Below are positions 45,001 to 56,390 of a stretch of 64,000 bases of DNA, one piece after another. Both the position numbers and the translations under genes were made by a program. Location: the NCBI GenBank assembly GCA_964016885.1, contig OZ024741.1, positions 395,684,001 to 395,748,000 of the forward strand, in the 5' to 3' direction. The notes beneath the pieces were generated by a model. That model saw only the letters and a program-made list of their open reading frames with translations, was not told the origin of the DNA and searched no databases. Source of the DNA: Eledone cirrhosa. Lineage: Eukaryota. The first letter of the stretch is position 1; every line of letters begins with the position of its first letter.

Positions 45001-48000
45001 CTATATACTCTTGTTGCGAGTGTCATACAACTAACTATATACTCTTGTTGTGAGTGTCATACAACTAACTATATTCTCTTGTTGTGAGTGTCATACAACT
45101 AACTATATTCTCTTGTTGTGAGTGTCATACAACTAGCTATATTCTCTTGTTGTGAGTGTCATACCACTAACTATATTCTCTTGTTGCGAGTGTCATACAA
45201 CTAACTATATACTCTTGTTGTAAATGTCATACAACTAACTATATTCTCTTGTTGTGAGTGTCATACCACTAACTATATTCTCTTGTTGCGAGTGTCATAC
45301 AACAAGCTATATTCTCTTGTTGTGAGTGTCATACAACTAACTATATTCTCTTGTTGTGAGTGTCATATAACTAACTATATTCTCTTGTTGTGAGTGTCAT
45401 ACAACTAGCTATATTCTCTTGTTGTGAGTGTCATACAACTAACTATATACTCTTGTTGTGATTGTCATACAACTAACTATATTCTCTTGTTGTGAGTGTC
45501 ATACAACTAGTTATATGCTCTTGTTGTGAGTGTCATACAACTAACTCTATACTCTTGTTATGAGTGTCATACAACTAGCTATATTCTCTTGTTGTGAGTG
45601 TCATACAACTAACTATATACTCTTGTTGTGAATGTCATACAACTAGCTATATGCTCTTGTTGCCAGTGTCATACAATTAACTATATTCTCTTGTTGTGAG
45701 TGTCATACAACTAACTATATTCTCTTGTTATCAGTGTCATACAACTAACTATATACTCTTGTTGTGAGTGTCATACAACTAGCTATATGCTCTTGTTGCG
45801 AGTGTCATACAACTAACTATATACTCTTGTTGTGAGTGTCATACAACTAACTATATTCTCTTGTTGTGAGTGTCATACAACTAGCTATATTCTGTTGTTG
45901 TGAGTGTCATACCACTAACTATATTCTCTTGTTGCGAGTGTCATACAACAAGCTATATTCTCTTGTTGTGAGTGTCATACAACTAACTATATTCTCTTGT
46001 TGTGAGTGTCATACCACTAACTATATTCTCTTGTTGCGAGTGTCATACAACAAGCTATATTCTCTTGTTGTGAGTGTCATACAACTAACTATATTCTCTT
46101 GTTGTGAGTGTCATACAACTAGCTATATTCTCTTGTTGTGAGTGTCATACAACTAACTCTATTCTCTTTTTGTGAGTGTCTTACAACTAACTATATTCTC
46201 TTGTTATCAGTGTCATACAACTAACTATATACTCTTGTTGTGAGTGTCATACAACTAACTATATACTCTTGTTGTGAGTGTCATACAACTAGCTATATTC
46301 TCTTCTTGTGAGTGTCATAAAACTAACTATATTCGCTTGTTGTGAGTGTCATACAACTAACTATATACTCTTGTTGTGAGTGTCATACAACAAGCTATAT
46401 TCTCTTGTTGTGAGTGTCATACAACGAGCTATATTCTCTTGTCGTGAGTGTCATACAACTAGCTATATGCTCTTGTTGTGAATGTCATACAACAAGCTAT
46501 ATTCTCTTGTTGTGAGTGTCATACAACTAGCTATATTCTCTTGTTGTGAGTGTCATACAACTAGCTATATTCTCTTGTTGTGAGTGTCATACAACTAACT
46601 ATATTCTCTTGTTGTGAGTGTCATACAACTAACTATATGCTCTTGTTGTGAGTGTCATACAACTAACTATATTCTCTTGTTGTGTGTGTCATACAACTAA
46701 CTATATTCTCTTGTTGTGAGTGTCATACAACTAGCTATATACTCTTGTTGTGAGTGTCATACAACTAACTAAATTCTCTTGTTGTGAGTGTCATACAACT
46801 AACTATATACTCTTGTTGTGAGTGTCATACAACTAGCTATATGCTCTTGTTGTGAGTGTCATACAACTAGCTATATTCTCTTGTTGTGAGTGTCATACAA
46901 CTAGCTATATGCTCTTGTTGCGAGTGTCATACAATTAACTATATTCTCTTGTTGTGAGTGTCATACAACTAGCTATATACTCTTGTTGTGAGTGTCATAC
47001 AACTAGCTATATTCTCTTGTTGTGAGTGTCATACAACTAACTATATGCTCTTGTTGCGAGTGTCATACAACTAACTATATACTCTTGTTGTGAGTGTCAT
47101 ACAACTAGCTATATGCTCTTGTTGCGAGTGTCATACAACTAACTATATTCTCTTGTTGTGAGTGTCATACAACTAGCTATATGCTCTTGTTGTGAGTGTC
47201 ATACAACTAACTATATACTCTTGTTATGAGTGTCATACAACTAGCTATATTCTCTTGTTGTGAGTGTCATACAACTAACTATATACTCTTGTTGTGAGTG
47301 TCATACAACTAGCTATATGCTCTTGTTGCCAGTGTCATACAACTAACTATATTCTCTTGTTGTGAGTGTCATACAACTAACTATATGCTCTTGTTGCGAG
47401 TATCATACAACTAACTATATACTCTTGTTGTGAGTGTCATACATCTAACTATATACTCTTGTTGCGAGTGTCATGCAACTAACTATATACTCTTGTTGTG
47501 AATGTCATACAACTAGCTATATGCTCTTGTTGCGAGTGTCATACAACTAACTATATACTCTTGTTGTGAGTGTCATACAACTAACTATATTCTCTTGTTG
47601 TGAGTGTCATACCACTAACTATATTCTCTTGTTGCGAGTGTCATACAACTAACTATATACACTTGTTGTAAGTGTCATACAACTAACTATATTCTCTTGT
47701 TGTGAGTGTCATACCACTAACTATATTCTCTTGTTGCGAGTGTCATACAACAAGCTATATTCTGTTGTTGTGAGTGTCATACAACTAACTATATTCTCTT
47801 GTTGTGAGTGTCATACAACTAGCTATATTCTCTTGTTGTGAGTGTCATACAACTAACTATATTCTCTTGTTGTGAGTGTCATACAACTAACTATATTCTC
47901 TTGTTATCAGTGTCATACAACTAACTATATACTCTTGTTGTGAGTGTCATACAACTAACTATATACTCTTGTTGTGAGTGTCATACAACAAGCTATATTC

Positions 48001-51000
48001 TCTTGTTGTGAGTGTCATACAACTAGCTATATTCTCTTGTTGTGTGTGTCATACAACTAACTATATACTCTTGTTGTGAGTGTCATACAACAAGCTATAT
48101 ACTCTTGTTGTGAGTGTCATACAACTAGCTATATTCTCTTGTTGTGAGTGTCATACAACTAGCTATATTCTCCTGTTGTGAGTGTCATACAACTAACTAT
48201 ATTCGCTTGTTGCGAGTGTCATACAACTAACTATATACTCTTGTTGTGAGTGTCATACAACAAGCTATATTCTCTTGTTGTGAGTGTCATACAACTAACT
48301 ATATTCTCTTGTTGTGAGTGTCATACAACTAACTATATTCTCTTGTTGTGCGTGTCATACACCTAACTATATACTCTTGTTGTGAGTGTCATACAACTAA
48401 CTATATACTCTTGTTGTGAGTGTCATACAACTAGCTATATTCTCTTGTTGTGAGTGTCATACCACTAACTATATTCTCTTGTTGCGAGTGTCATACCACT
48501 AACTATATTCTCTTGTTGCGAGTGTCATACAACTAACTATATACTCTTGTTGTGAGTGTCATACAACTAACTATATTCTCTTGTTGTGAGTGTCATACCA
48601 CTAACTATATTCTCTTGTTGTGAGTGTCATACAACTAACTATATGCTCTTGTTGTGAGTGTCATACAACTAACTATATTCGCTTGTTGTGAGTGTCATAC
48701 AACTAACTATATACTCTTGTTGTGAGTGTCATACAACAAGCTATATTCTCTTGTTGTGAGTGTCATACAACGAGCTATATTCTCTTGTCGTGAGTGTCAT
48801 ACAACTAGCTATATGCTCTTGTTGTGAATGTCATACAACAAGCTATATTCTCTTGTTGTGAGTGTCATACAACTAGCTATATTCTCTTGTTGTGAGTGTC
48901 ATACAACTAGCTATATTCTCTTGTTGTGAGTGTCATACAACTAACTATATTCTCTTGTTGTGAGTGTCATACAACTAACTATATGCTCTTGTTGTGAGTG
49001 TCATACAACTAACTATTTTCTCTTGTTGTGTGTGTCATACAACTAACTATATTCTCTTGTTGTGAGTGTCATACAACTAGCTATATACTCTTGTTGTGAG
49101 TGTCATACAACTAACTAAATTCTCTTGTTGTGAGTGTCATACAACTAACTATATACTCTTGTTGTGAGTGTCATACAACTAGCTATATGCTCTTGTTGTG
49201 AGTGTCATACAACTAGCTATATTCTCTTGTTGTGAGTGTCATACAACTAGCTATATGCTCTTGTTGTGAGTGTCATACAACTAACTATATACTCTTGTTA
49301 TGAGTGTCATACAACTAGCTATATTCTCTTGTTGTGAGTGTCATACAACTAACTATATACTCTTGTTGTGAGTGTCATACAACTAGCTATATGCTCTTGT
49401 TGCCAGTGTCATACAACTAACTATATTCTCTTGTTGTGAGTGTCATACAACTAACTATATGCTCTTGTTGCGAGTATCATACAACTAACTATATACTCTT
49501 GTTGTGAGTGTCATACAACTAACTATATACTCTTGTTGCGAGTGTCATACAACTAACTATATACTCTTGTTGTGAATGTCATACAACTAGCTATATGCTC
49601 TTGTTGCGAGTGTCATACAACTAACTATATACTCTTGTTGTGAGTGTCATACAACTAACTATATTCTCTTGTTGTGAGTGTCATACAACTAGCTATATTC
49701 TCTTGTTGTGAGTGTCATACCACTAACTATATTCTCTTGTTGCGAGTGTCATACAACTAACTATATACTCTTGTTGTAAGTGTCATACAACTAACTATAT
49801 TCTCTTGTTGTGAGTGTCATACCACTAACTATATTCTCTTGTTGCGAGTGTCATACAACAAGCTATATTCTCTTGTTGTGAGTGTCATACATCTAACTAT
49901 ATTCTCTTGATGTGAGTGTCATACAACTAACTATATTCTCTTGTTGTGAGTGTCATACAACTAGCTATATTCTCTTGTTGTGAGTGTCATACAACTAACT
50001 ATATTCTCTTGTTGTGAGTGTCATACAACTAACTATATTCTCTTGTTATCAGTGTCATACAACTAACTATATACTCTTGTTGTGAGTGTCATACAACTAA
50101 CTATATACTCTTGTTGTGAGTGTCATACAACAAGTTATATTCTCTTGTTGTGGGTGTCATACAACTAGCTATACTCTCTTGTTGTGTGTGTCATACAACT
50201 AACTATATACTCTTGTTGTGAGTGTCATACAACAAGCTATATACTCTTGTTGTGAGTGTCATACAACTAGCTATATTCTCTTGTTGTGAGTGTCATACAA
50301 CTAGCTATATTCTCCTGTTGTGAGTGTCATACAACTAACTATATTCTCTTGTTGTGAGTGTCATACAACTAACTATATTCTCTTGTTGTGAGTGTCATAC
50401 AACTAACTATATGCTCTTGTTGTGAGTGTCATACAACTAACTATATTCGCTTGTTGCGAGTGTCATACAACTAACTATATACTCTTGTTGTGAGTGTCAT
50501 ACAACAAGCTATATTCTCTTGTTGTGAGTGTCATACAACTAGCTATATTCTCTTGTTGTGAGTGTCATACAACTAGCTATATGCTCTTGTTGTGAATGTC
50601 ATACAACAAGCTATATTCTCTTGTTGTGAGTGTCATACAACTAGCTATATTCTCTTGTTGTGAGTGTCATACAACTAGCTATATTCTCTTGTGAGTGTCA
50701 TACAACTAACTATATTCTCTTGTTGTGAGTGTCATACAACTAACTATATTCTCTTGTTGTGCGTGTCATACAACTAACTATATACTCTTGTTGTGAGTGT
50801 CATACAACTAACTATATACTCTTGTTGTGAGTGTCATACAACTAGCTATATTCTCTTGTTGTGAGTGTCATACCACTAACTATATTCTCTTGTTGCGAGT
50901 GTCATACAACTAACTATATACTCTTGTTGTGAGTGTTATACAACTAACTATATTCTCTTGTTGTGAGTGTCATACCACTAACTATATTCTCTTGTTGCGA

Positions 51001-52357
51001 GTGTCATACAACCAGCTATATTCTCTTGTTGTGAGTGTCATACAACTAACTATATACTCTTGTTGTGAGTGTCATACAACTAACTATATTCTCTTGTTGT
51101 GAGTGTCATACAACTAACTATATTCTCTTGTTGTGAGTGTCATACAACTAACTATATTCTCTTGTTATCAGTGTCATACAACTAACTATATACTCTTGTT
51201 GTGAGTGTCATACAACTAACTATATACTCTTGTTGTGAGTGTCATACAACAAGCTATATTCTCTTGTTGTGAGTGTCATACAACTAGCTATATTCTCTTG
51301 TTGTGTGTGTCATACAACTAACTATATACTCTTGTTGTGAGTGTCATACAACAAGCTATATTCTCTTGTTGTGAGTGTCATACAACTAGCTATATTCTCT
51401 TGTTGTGAGTGTCATACAACTAGCTATATTCTCTTGTTGTGTGTGTCATACAACTAACTATATTATCTTGTTGTGAGTGTCATACAACTAACTATATTCT
51501 CTTGTTGTGAGTGTCATACAACTAACTATATGCTCTTGTTGTGAGTGTCATACAACTAACTATATTCGCTTGTTGTGAGTGTCATACAACTAATTATATA
51601 CTCTTGTTGTGAGTGTCATACAACAAGCTATATTCTCTTGTTGTGAGTGTCATACAACTAGCTATATTCTCTTGTTGTGAGTGTCATACAACTAATTATA
51701 TACTCTTGTTGTGAGTGTCATACAACAAGCTATATTCTCTTGTTGTGAGTGTCATACAACTAGCTATATTCTCTTGTTGTGAGTGTCATACAACTAACTA
51801 TATTCTCTTGTTGTGAGTGTCATACAACTAACTATATGCTCTTGTTGTGAGTGTCATACAACTAACTATATTCGCTTGTTGTGAGTGTCATACAACTAAT
51901 TATATACTCTTGTTGTGAGTGTCATACAACAAGCTATATTCTCTTGTTGTGAGTGTCATACAACTAGCTATATTCTCTTGTTGTGAGTGTCATACAACTA
52001 GCTATATGCTCTTGTTGTGAATGTCATACAACAAGCTATATTATCTTGTTGTGAGTGTCATACAACTAGCTATATTCTCTTGTTGTGAGTGTCTTACAAC
52101 TAACTATATTCTCTTGTTGTGAGTGTCATACAACTAACTATATTCTCTTGTTGTGCGTGTCATACAACTAACTATATACTCTTGTTGTGAGTGTCATACA
52201 ACTAACTATATACTCTTGTTGTGAGTGTCATACAACATGCTATATTCTCTTGTTGTGAGTGTCATACAACTAGCTATATTCTCTTGTTGTGAGTGTCATA
52301 CAACTAACTATATTCTCTTGCTGCGAGCGTTGTACAACAAACTGTATGCTTCTCTTG
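1..52357. repeat. 34-bp tandem satellite array, ~1,540 monomers, continues past the left edge of the window
   Basis: The unit GTTGTGAGTGTCATACAACTAACTATATTCTCTT recurs at 1, 35, 69 and onward, with only point variants and rare 1-3 bp deletions. It ends in a degenerate monomer at ~52,320-52,357. Copy number is length divided by 34. Confidence 0.99.
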
Positions 52358-52662
52358 AAACATCCCTCAATGTCCGTACAGTGGTGTATAATAGAGTCGC
52401 GTACTGTACTTTATTCCTTTAGCGCCATTTATAGAATTAGGAACGGCATTAATTCCATGTCTCCTATATAAGGTTTACGAAAGGCTATTAAACATTGGTA
52501 CTATTTTTGTGGGCTTTTATTATTTAGATTTAGTCCATAATTTCCCAGTTTAATACATTAAAACAATGTTTTTCAATTTTCATGTTCTGTTGATCTTTGT
52601 TGTGATTTATTCGTTTGTATATTTATTATATTAACTTCTGTTTTTCTCTTTATATTTTACAG

Positions 52663-52677
52663 TTACTTTACCTGAAC
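52663..52677 (+). CDS. Putative 15-nt phase 1-1 microexon (xTLPE) of a mucin-like/discoidin-domain gene
   Basis: Long pyrimidine tract and strong sites: ttctgtttttctctttatattttacag|TTACTTTACCTGAAC|gtaagt. Frame-compatible with the next exon. Confidence 0.6.
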
Positions 52678-52939
52678 GTAAGTATCTAAGTTATATTTTA
52701 AGGTAATTTAATATTACCTTGACTTCTGCTAGATTGCAAAGACTGGTGTGAAAGCTCTTCTTCAGAAAACATATTATTATCCTTCAAATGTCTGCTTCCA
52801 TTTTAATACGAAATTTTAGCACCAGTATTGAGTACTGGCTACGTGCGATAGTTGTTTTGTCTTACGGTCCATGACCGACCAAAAATGCCCAATAAATATG
52901 CCACCAGTCTGTAGCGGGTTGAGTGAATTAAGGTGACAA

Positions 52940-54064
52940 TTAACGGTGCGGCGATCGAATGTGGCTTTTTAGCCCAGCCAATGATCTAAAATGTCTTGCA
53001 TAGAGTTGGCAACCAAAACATTTGCTGGGAATAATCGGCTGTGGCTGGAGTTCATGTACTTTTGCATATCGTTTGAGCCCTCCTGCTGATTTACATTCTC
53101 TACCACATGTTTGGCAAGCATGATGACTAGCATCTCCAACAGCAGCCTGGTAGTCAACCACTGGTCTTACTTTATGACTGCGAAGATGACTTTCGAGTCC
53201 AGCTTTGCTTAGGCAGAGTCTCGCACAGACGCTGCATGTCAGCGCCATAGGAGGACCTTCGCTGTCTGGAAATGCAACAGCAATGCCCTTCCTCACATCC
53301 CTCTTTACTTTCTCGTATGCGATTCGAGATGCCTCAAAGGCAACTTTCCCCTCATATACAGTCTTTCTCCATTTATTATGATCAGCAGCAACATTTTCCC
53401 ATGTATCAGCAGAGATCTTAGCGTCTTTCAAAGAGGCTTTCAACGAATCCTTATACCTCTTTTTTGGTTTATATGTAGGTCGTTTTCCTTTAACTAACTC
53501 TCCATAAAAGAGTTGTTTCGGTATTCTAGAATCCTTCATCCTGGCAAGGTGACCCCTCCATCGGAGTCTTTGCTTAAGCACAAGAGCTTCTATACTGTCA
53601 CACAGAGAGCTCTCCAAATTCTCGACATCATTGATGTGGTCCCTCCAGTGAGCGCCATGGATCCGTCTGAGACACATCTGATGGAAACACTCCAATTGTT
53701 TAAGGTGGTGTCGATATGTGAGCCAGATCTCGCAGGCATAAAGAAGAGAAGAGAGCACACATGCCTTGTACACATTTACCTTTGTCTTCTTGCATATGTC
53801 TCGCCGACCCCAGAGTCGCCTTTCTAGCTTTCCGAAAGCATCACTTGCTTTCCTAATCCTGAGTGGAATTTCATTATCAAGGTTGCTGTATCGATTGACA
53901 ATGCTTTCCAGGTAGACAAACTGATCGACTCCAAGTCGTTTATCATACACATAGATATTTGGCTCACTGTACTGCTTACCAGGGGCAGGTTGGTACATGA
54001 CGACGGTTTTCTTGAGACGGACAGTCAATTCTAGGGCAGTGCAAGCATCAGAAAATGCATACAT
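52940..54064 (-). mobile_element. 5'-truncated RTE-clade (BovB-like) LINE ORF2 C-terminus with three C2H2 zinc fingers
   Basis: The 374-aa ORF has RTE post-RT motifs: DNEI..RIRKAS.AFGKL, TKV.VYKACVLSSLLYACE.W, FHQ.CLRRI, RLRW.GHL.RM.D.R.PKQLFYGEL..GKR, PKKRYKD. Fingers: CSVC...HLRSH plus two degenerate copies. There is no endonuclease domain or YADD core. Confidence 0.93.
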
Positions 54065-54271
54065 ACATTATAGTTACTTCTCAGTTTCGTGAACTGCCAT
54101 CCCTTGATCTTTTTCTCATACCTGGGTGGCACGAATATGACCTTTTAGTTTTTATAAGGACTTAGATTCCTTTCTGCATATGCTGCAGCAATAGGAAAAC
54201 GAAAAGGCTATACTCACTGAATACACATGAAAATCATTTAGATCAAGTGATGCATATGTTTGAATGAGGTT

Positions 54272-54318
54272 CGCAACCACTAGTTTCGTATTTCATTAAA
54301 CAATCTTCAGGGGTCGCA
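54272..54318 (-). ncRNA. Degenerate type I (Penelope-like, minimal) hammerhead ribozyme motif
   Basis: Minus strand reads tgcgaccc-CTGAAGA-ttgtttaatgaaatac-GAAAC-TA-GT-ggttgcg. Both core boxes are present, stem III is the palindrome ACTAGT and stem I pairs gcgacc with ggttgc. The cleavage-site H appears lost. Confidence 0.5.
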
Positions 54319-54660
54319 TATTTCTGCTTTGAAAGCTGCTGAAAAACATAAGCATTAATTGGCGGCCATGTTGGCTGGGTGTTGTTGTAATGTTGCCTGT
54401 GATGGATTCAGTTCTATTTAGAGAAGGAATTCTCTTTGTTACTGAATTAAATCAGTTTTATCGGGAGTTTTGACCAGCTGAGATATGTATATATGGCCCC
54501 GTAACTCTTGATAGAGTCATAGGGGTGCCGTATTGACATACGGCGTTTCTTGGGCACTTTAAACCTGGCAGAGCCCATCCCTCTCCAGGTCTGAGTACAG
54601 CGGATTTCGTCCAAAGAAAGATAGAAAGTGAGAGAGAGAAAATGAGAAAGATATATAGAG

Positions 54661-54822
54661 GAAGAATCGACCCCCAGTACTAGACTGGTACTTTTTTATC
54701 GACCTCGAAAGGATGAAAGACAAAGTTACCTCGGCAGGATTTGAACTCAAAGAGCAGAGAGCCGGAACAAATACCATAAAACATTCTATCCAACATTCTT
54801 ACGACTCTGCCAATTCGCCGCC
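54661..54822 (-). mobile_element. tRNA-derived SINE, octopod family A, diverged subfamily
   Basis: Shares the core ctggtac..ttatcgacc.cg.aaggatgaaag.caaag..acctcggc.ggatttgaactc with other copies. The minus strand has a B-box-like GAGTTCAAATCC. Confidence 0.8.
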
Positions 54823-54827
54823 TTTGA

Positions 54828-54983
54828 TCATCATCATCATCATCATTTAACGTCTATCTTCCACGCTAGCATGGGTTATACGGGAATTGTCTCACTTGAG
54901 GCAAGATTGGTCGGATGACCGTGTCTCGCTCCTATAGGACTATCTGGCAGGTTTTCTATGGCTGGATGCCCTTCCTAACACCA
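54828..54983 (-). mobile_element. SINE/LINE 3'-end fragment with (CAT)n/(ATG)n tail
   Basis: (CAT)n followed by ttaacgtc...gcatgggtt...ggctggatgcccttcctaac. It resembles a dispersed octopod repeat, recognised from memory only. Confidence 0.55.
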
Positions 54984-55420
54984 GATATATATATATATAT
55001 ATTGTTCTGTGAATACATATGGTAAGAAGTGGGAAACTTGAGTTATCAACTCGGTACGATAACAGAACTAATCGAAACATCAATATTTTGTATATTTAAA
55101 GAGACTCTGTGGTGTGTCATGATCAGGAAACCTCGCATTCAACTTCCCTTTTCATGTAGTTACGTGCAAGTAATCTAGACCTAGTATTTCACTAATGTCA
55201 ACAGGAGGAGCACCATATAATTGACGAATTTTTTATTGCTATGCAACAGTGATTACAGGTCCACCAAATATAATAAATAAATCTTTGAGTACACGGAAGC
55301 TACTAGAAGATTCAACAATGGAAATGTCTAGCTGTTTTACATCTTCCCTTCTTTCCTATTTTCCTTTTCTCTTTCGTTTTCTTATCCATAATCTGGGTCC
55401 CATTTTTTTTTTTTTTTAGA

Positions 55421-55660
55421 CAGCCCTCACCTATGCAGGTTTAGCTGGCCTCCTCCACGGTATATCTCGTTGGAGGTGTCTTGGGTGATTTAATGATAGA
55501 GACCCCAGTCCTATCATCTCATTTCTACAGCTGAGTAAACTGGAGCAACTTGAAATAAAGTGTCTTGCTCAAGGAAACATCACATCACCTGGTCCGAGAA
55601 TTGAACTCACAACCTTTCGATTGCAAGCCCAATGCTCTAACCACTAAGCCATGCGCTTTC
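55421..55660 (-). mobile_element. tRNA-derived SINE family B (CORE-SINE-like), copy 1
   Basis: Minus-strand head gcatGGCTTAGTGGttagagc (A box) ... GAGTTCAATTC (B box), then ttccttgagcaagacacttta. A closely similar copy lies at 62,646-62,885. Confidence 0.85.
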
Positions 55661-55934
55661 ACCATTGACCGTCAATATTTCACATTTTTATTTTTATTTT
55701 ATTTAGTTTATTTTTCCCTTTTTTTATTTTTCTTAATTAGTTGGCTCTTTTTTATTAGCAACTGTAAAGAGTATTCAATACTCCTCCTAGACTGTCATGG
55801 CTTACTAGCTCTATACGGACGTTTAAATTGAATAAATAAATAAAGAGTCGTATCATATTGAGTTTTATCCCCCCCCCCCCTTAACAAAAAATCAGATATT
55901 CAACGTAATAGAAGACGGTTTCGATAAATGATGA

Positions 55935-56113
55935 TAATAATTGTTTCTAATTTTGGCACGAGGCCAACAATTATCTCAGTACATTACTGGTACTTTATTT
56001 TATCGACCCCGTAAGGATGAAAGGCAAAGTTAACCTCGGCGGGATTTGAACTCAAACCATAAAGGGCCGTAACTCTTTGCTGTAAAGCATGGCGATACTG
56101 CCAATCCACCGCC
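55935..56113 (-). mobile_element. tRNA-derived SINE family A
   Basis: aattgtttct..ttttggcac.aggcca.caatt...ctggtactttattttatcgaccccgtaaggatgaaaggcaaagttaacctcggcgggatttgaactc...ccgcc, matching several other copies in the window. Confidence 0.88.
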
Positions 56114-56179
56114 CTCTAAATTATAATAATAATTGTTTCTAAATTATAAGAATAATGATGTTTAATGTTTCATTTCCAG

Positions 56180-56218
56180 CGCCTACAACACCAGTGAGTA
56201 CAGTGCCCACAACAACAG
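56180..56218 (+). CDS. 39-nt phase 1-1 Thr/Pro-rich exon (PPTTPVSTVPTTT)
   Basis: tttcatttccag|CGCCTACAACACCA...ACAACAACAG|gtctgt. The mucin-like peptide joins in frame to the exon at 57,782. Confidence 0.75.
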
Positions 56219-56390
56219 GTCTGTCTTTTTCTCACTATAAACTATGTATAACTTCCACGTTTTTTAAATATTTATATAAATGTTTGATTCAATCCAGCAT
56301 ATTATTAGCATTACATATTTCATCTACCTTCAGCAACTTCGGGTATTCAGTCGTTGCATAAAATGTATTCGGTAACCATGTATAAATAAT

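Noticed and set aside
1-52357. CRISPR array (GTTGT...ACAAC palindrome resembles some CRISPR direct repeats)
   Set aside because: There are no unique spacers: the 15-nt linkers are point variants of one sequence. No cas genes are present and the context is eukaryotic.
52376-52409. GTACAGT/ACTGTAC inverted repeat as a Helitron/Helentron terminus next to the array
   Set aside because: Only 7 bp with a 20-nt spacer and no other terminal hallmark, so it is compatible with chance.
4145-52471. Repeated Cys/His-containing ORFs (MSVIQLAIFSCCECH...)
   Set aside because: They are chance read-through of a 34-bp unit that is not a multiple of 3, use non-ATG starts, and recur only because of block duplication.
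52969-53827. Alternative-frame and antisense ORFs overlapping the LINE
   Set aside because: They are shadow ORFs of the RTE coding sequence with no recognisable motifs.
55580-55660. tRNA gene
   Set aside because: The A and B boxes belong to a SINE head continuous with a repeat body, and no complete cloverleaf is evident.
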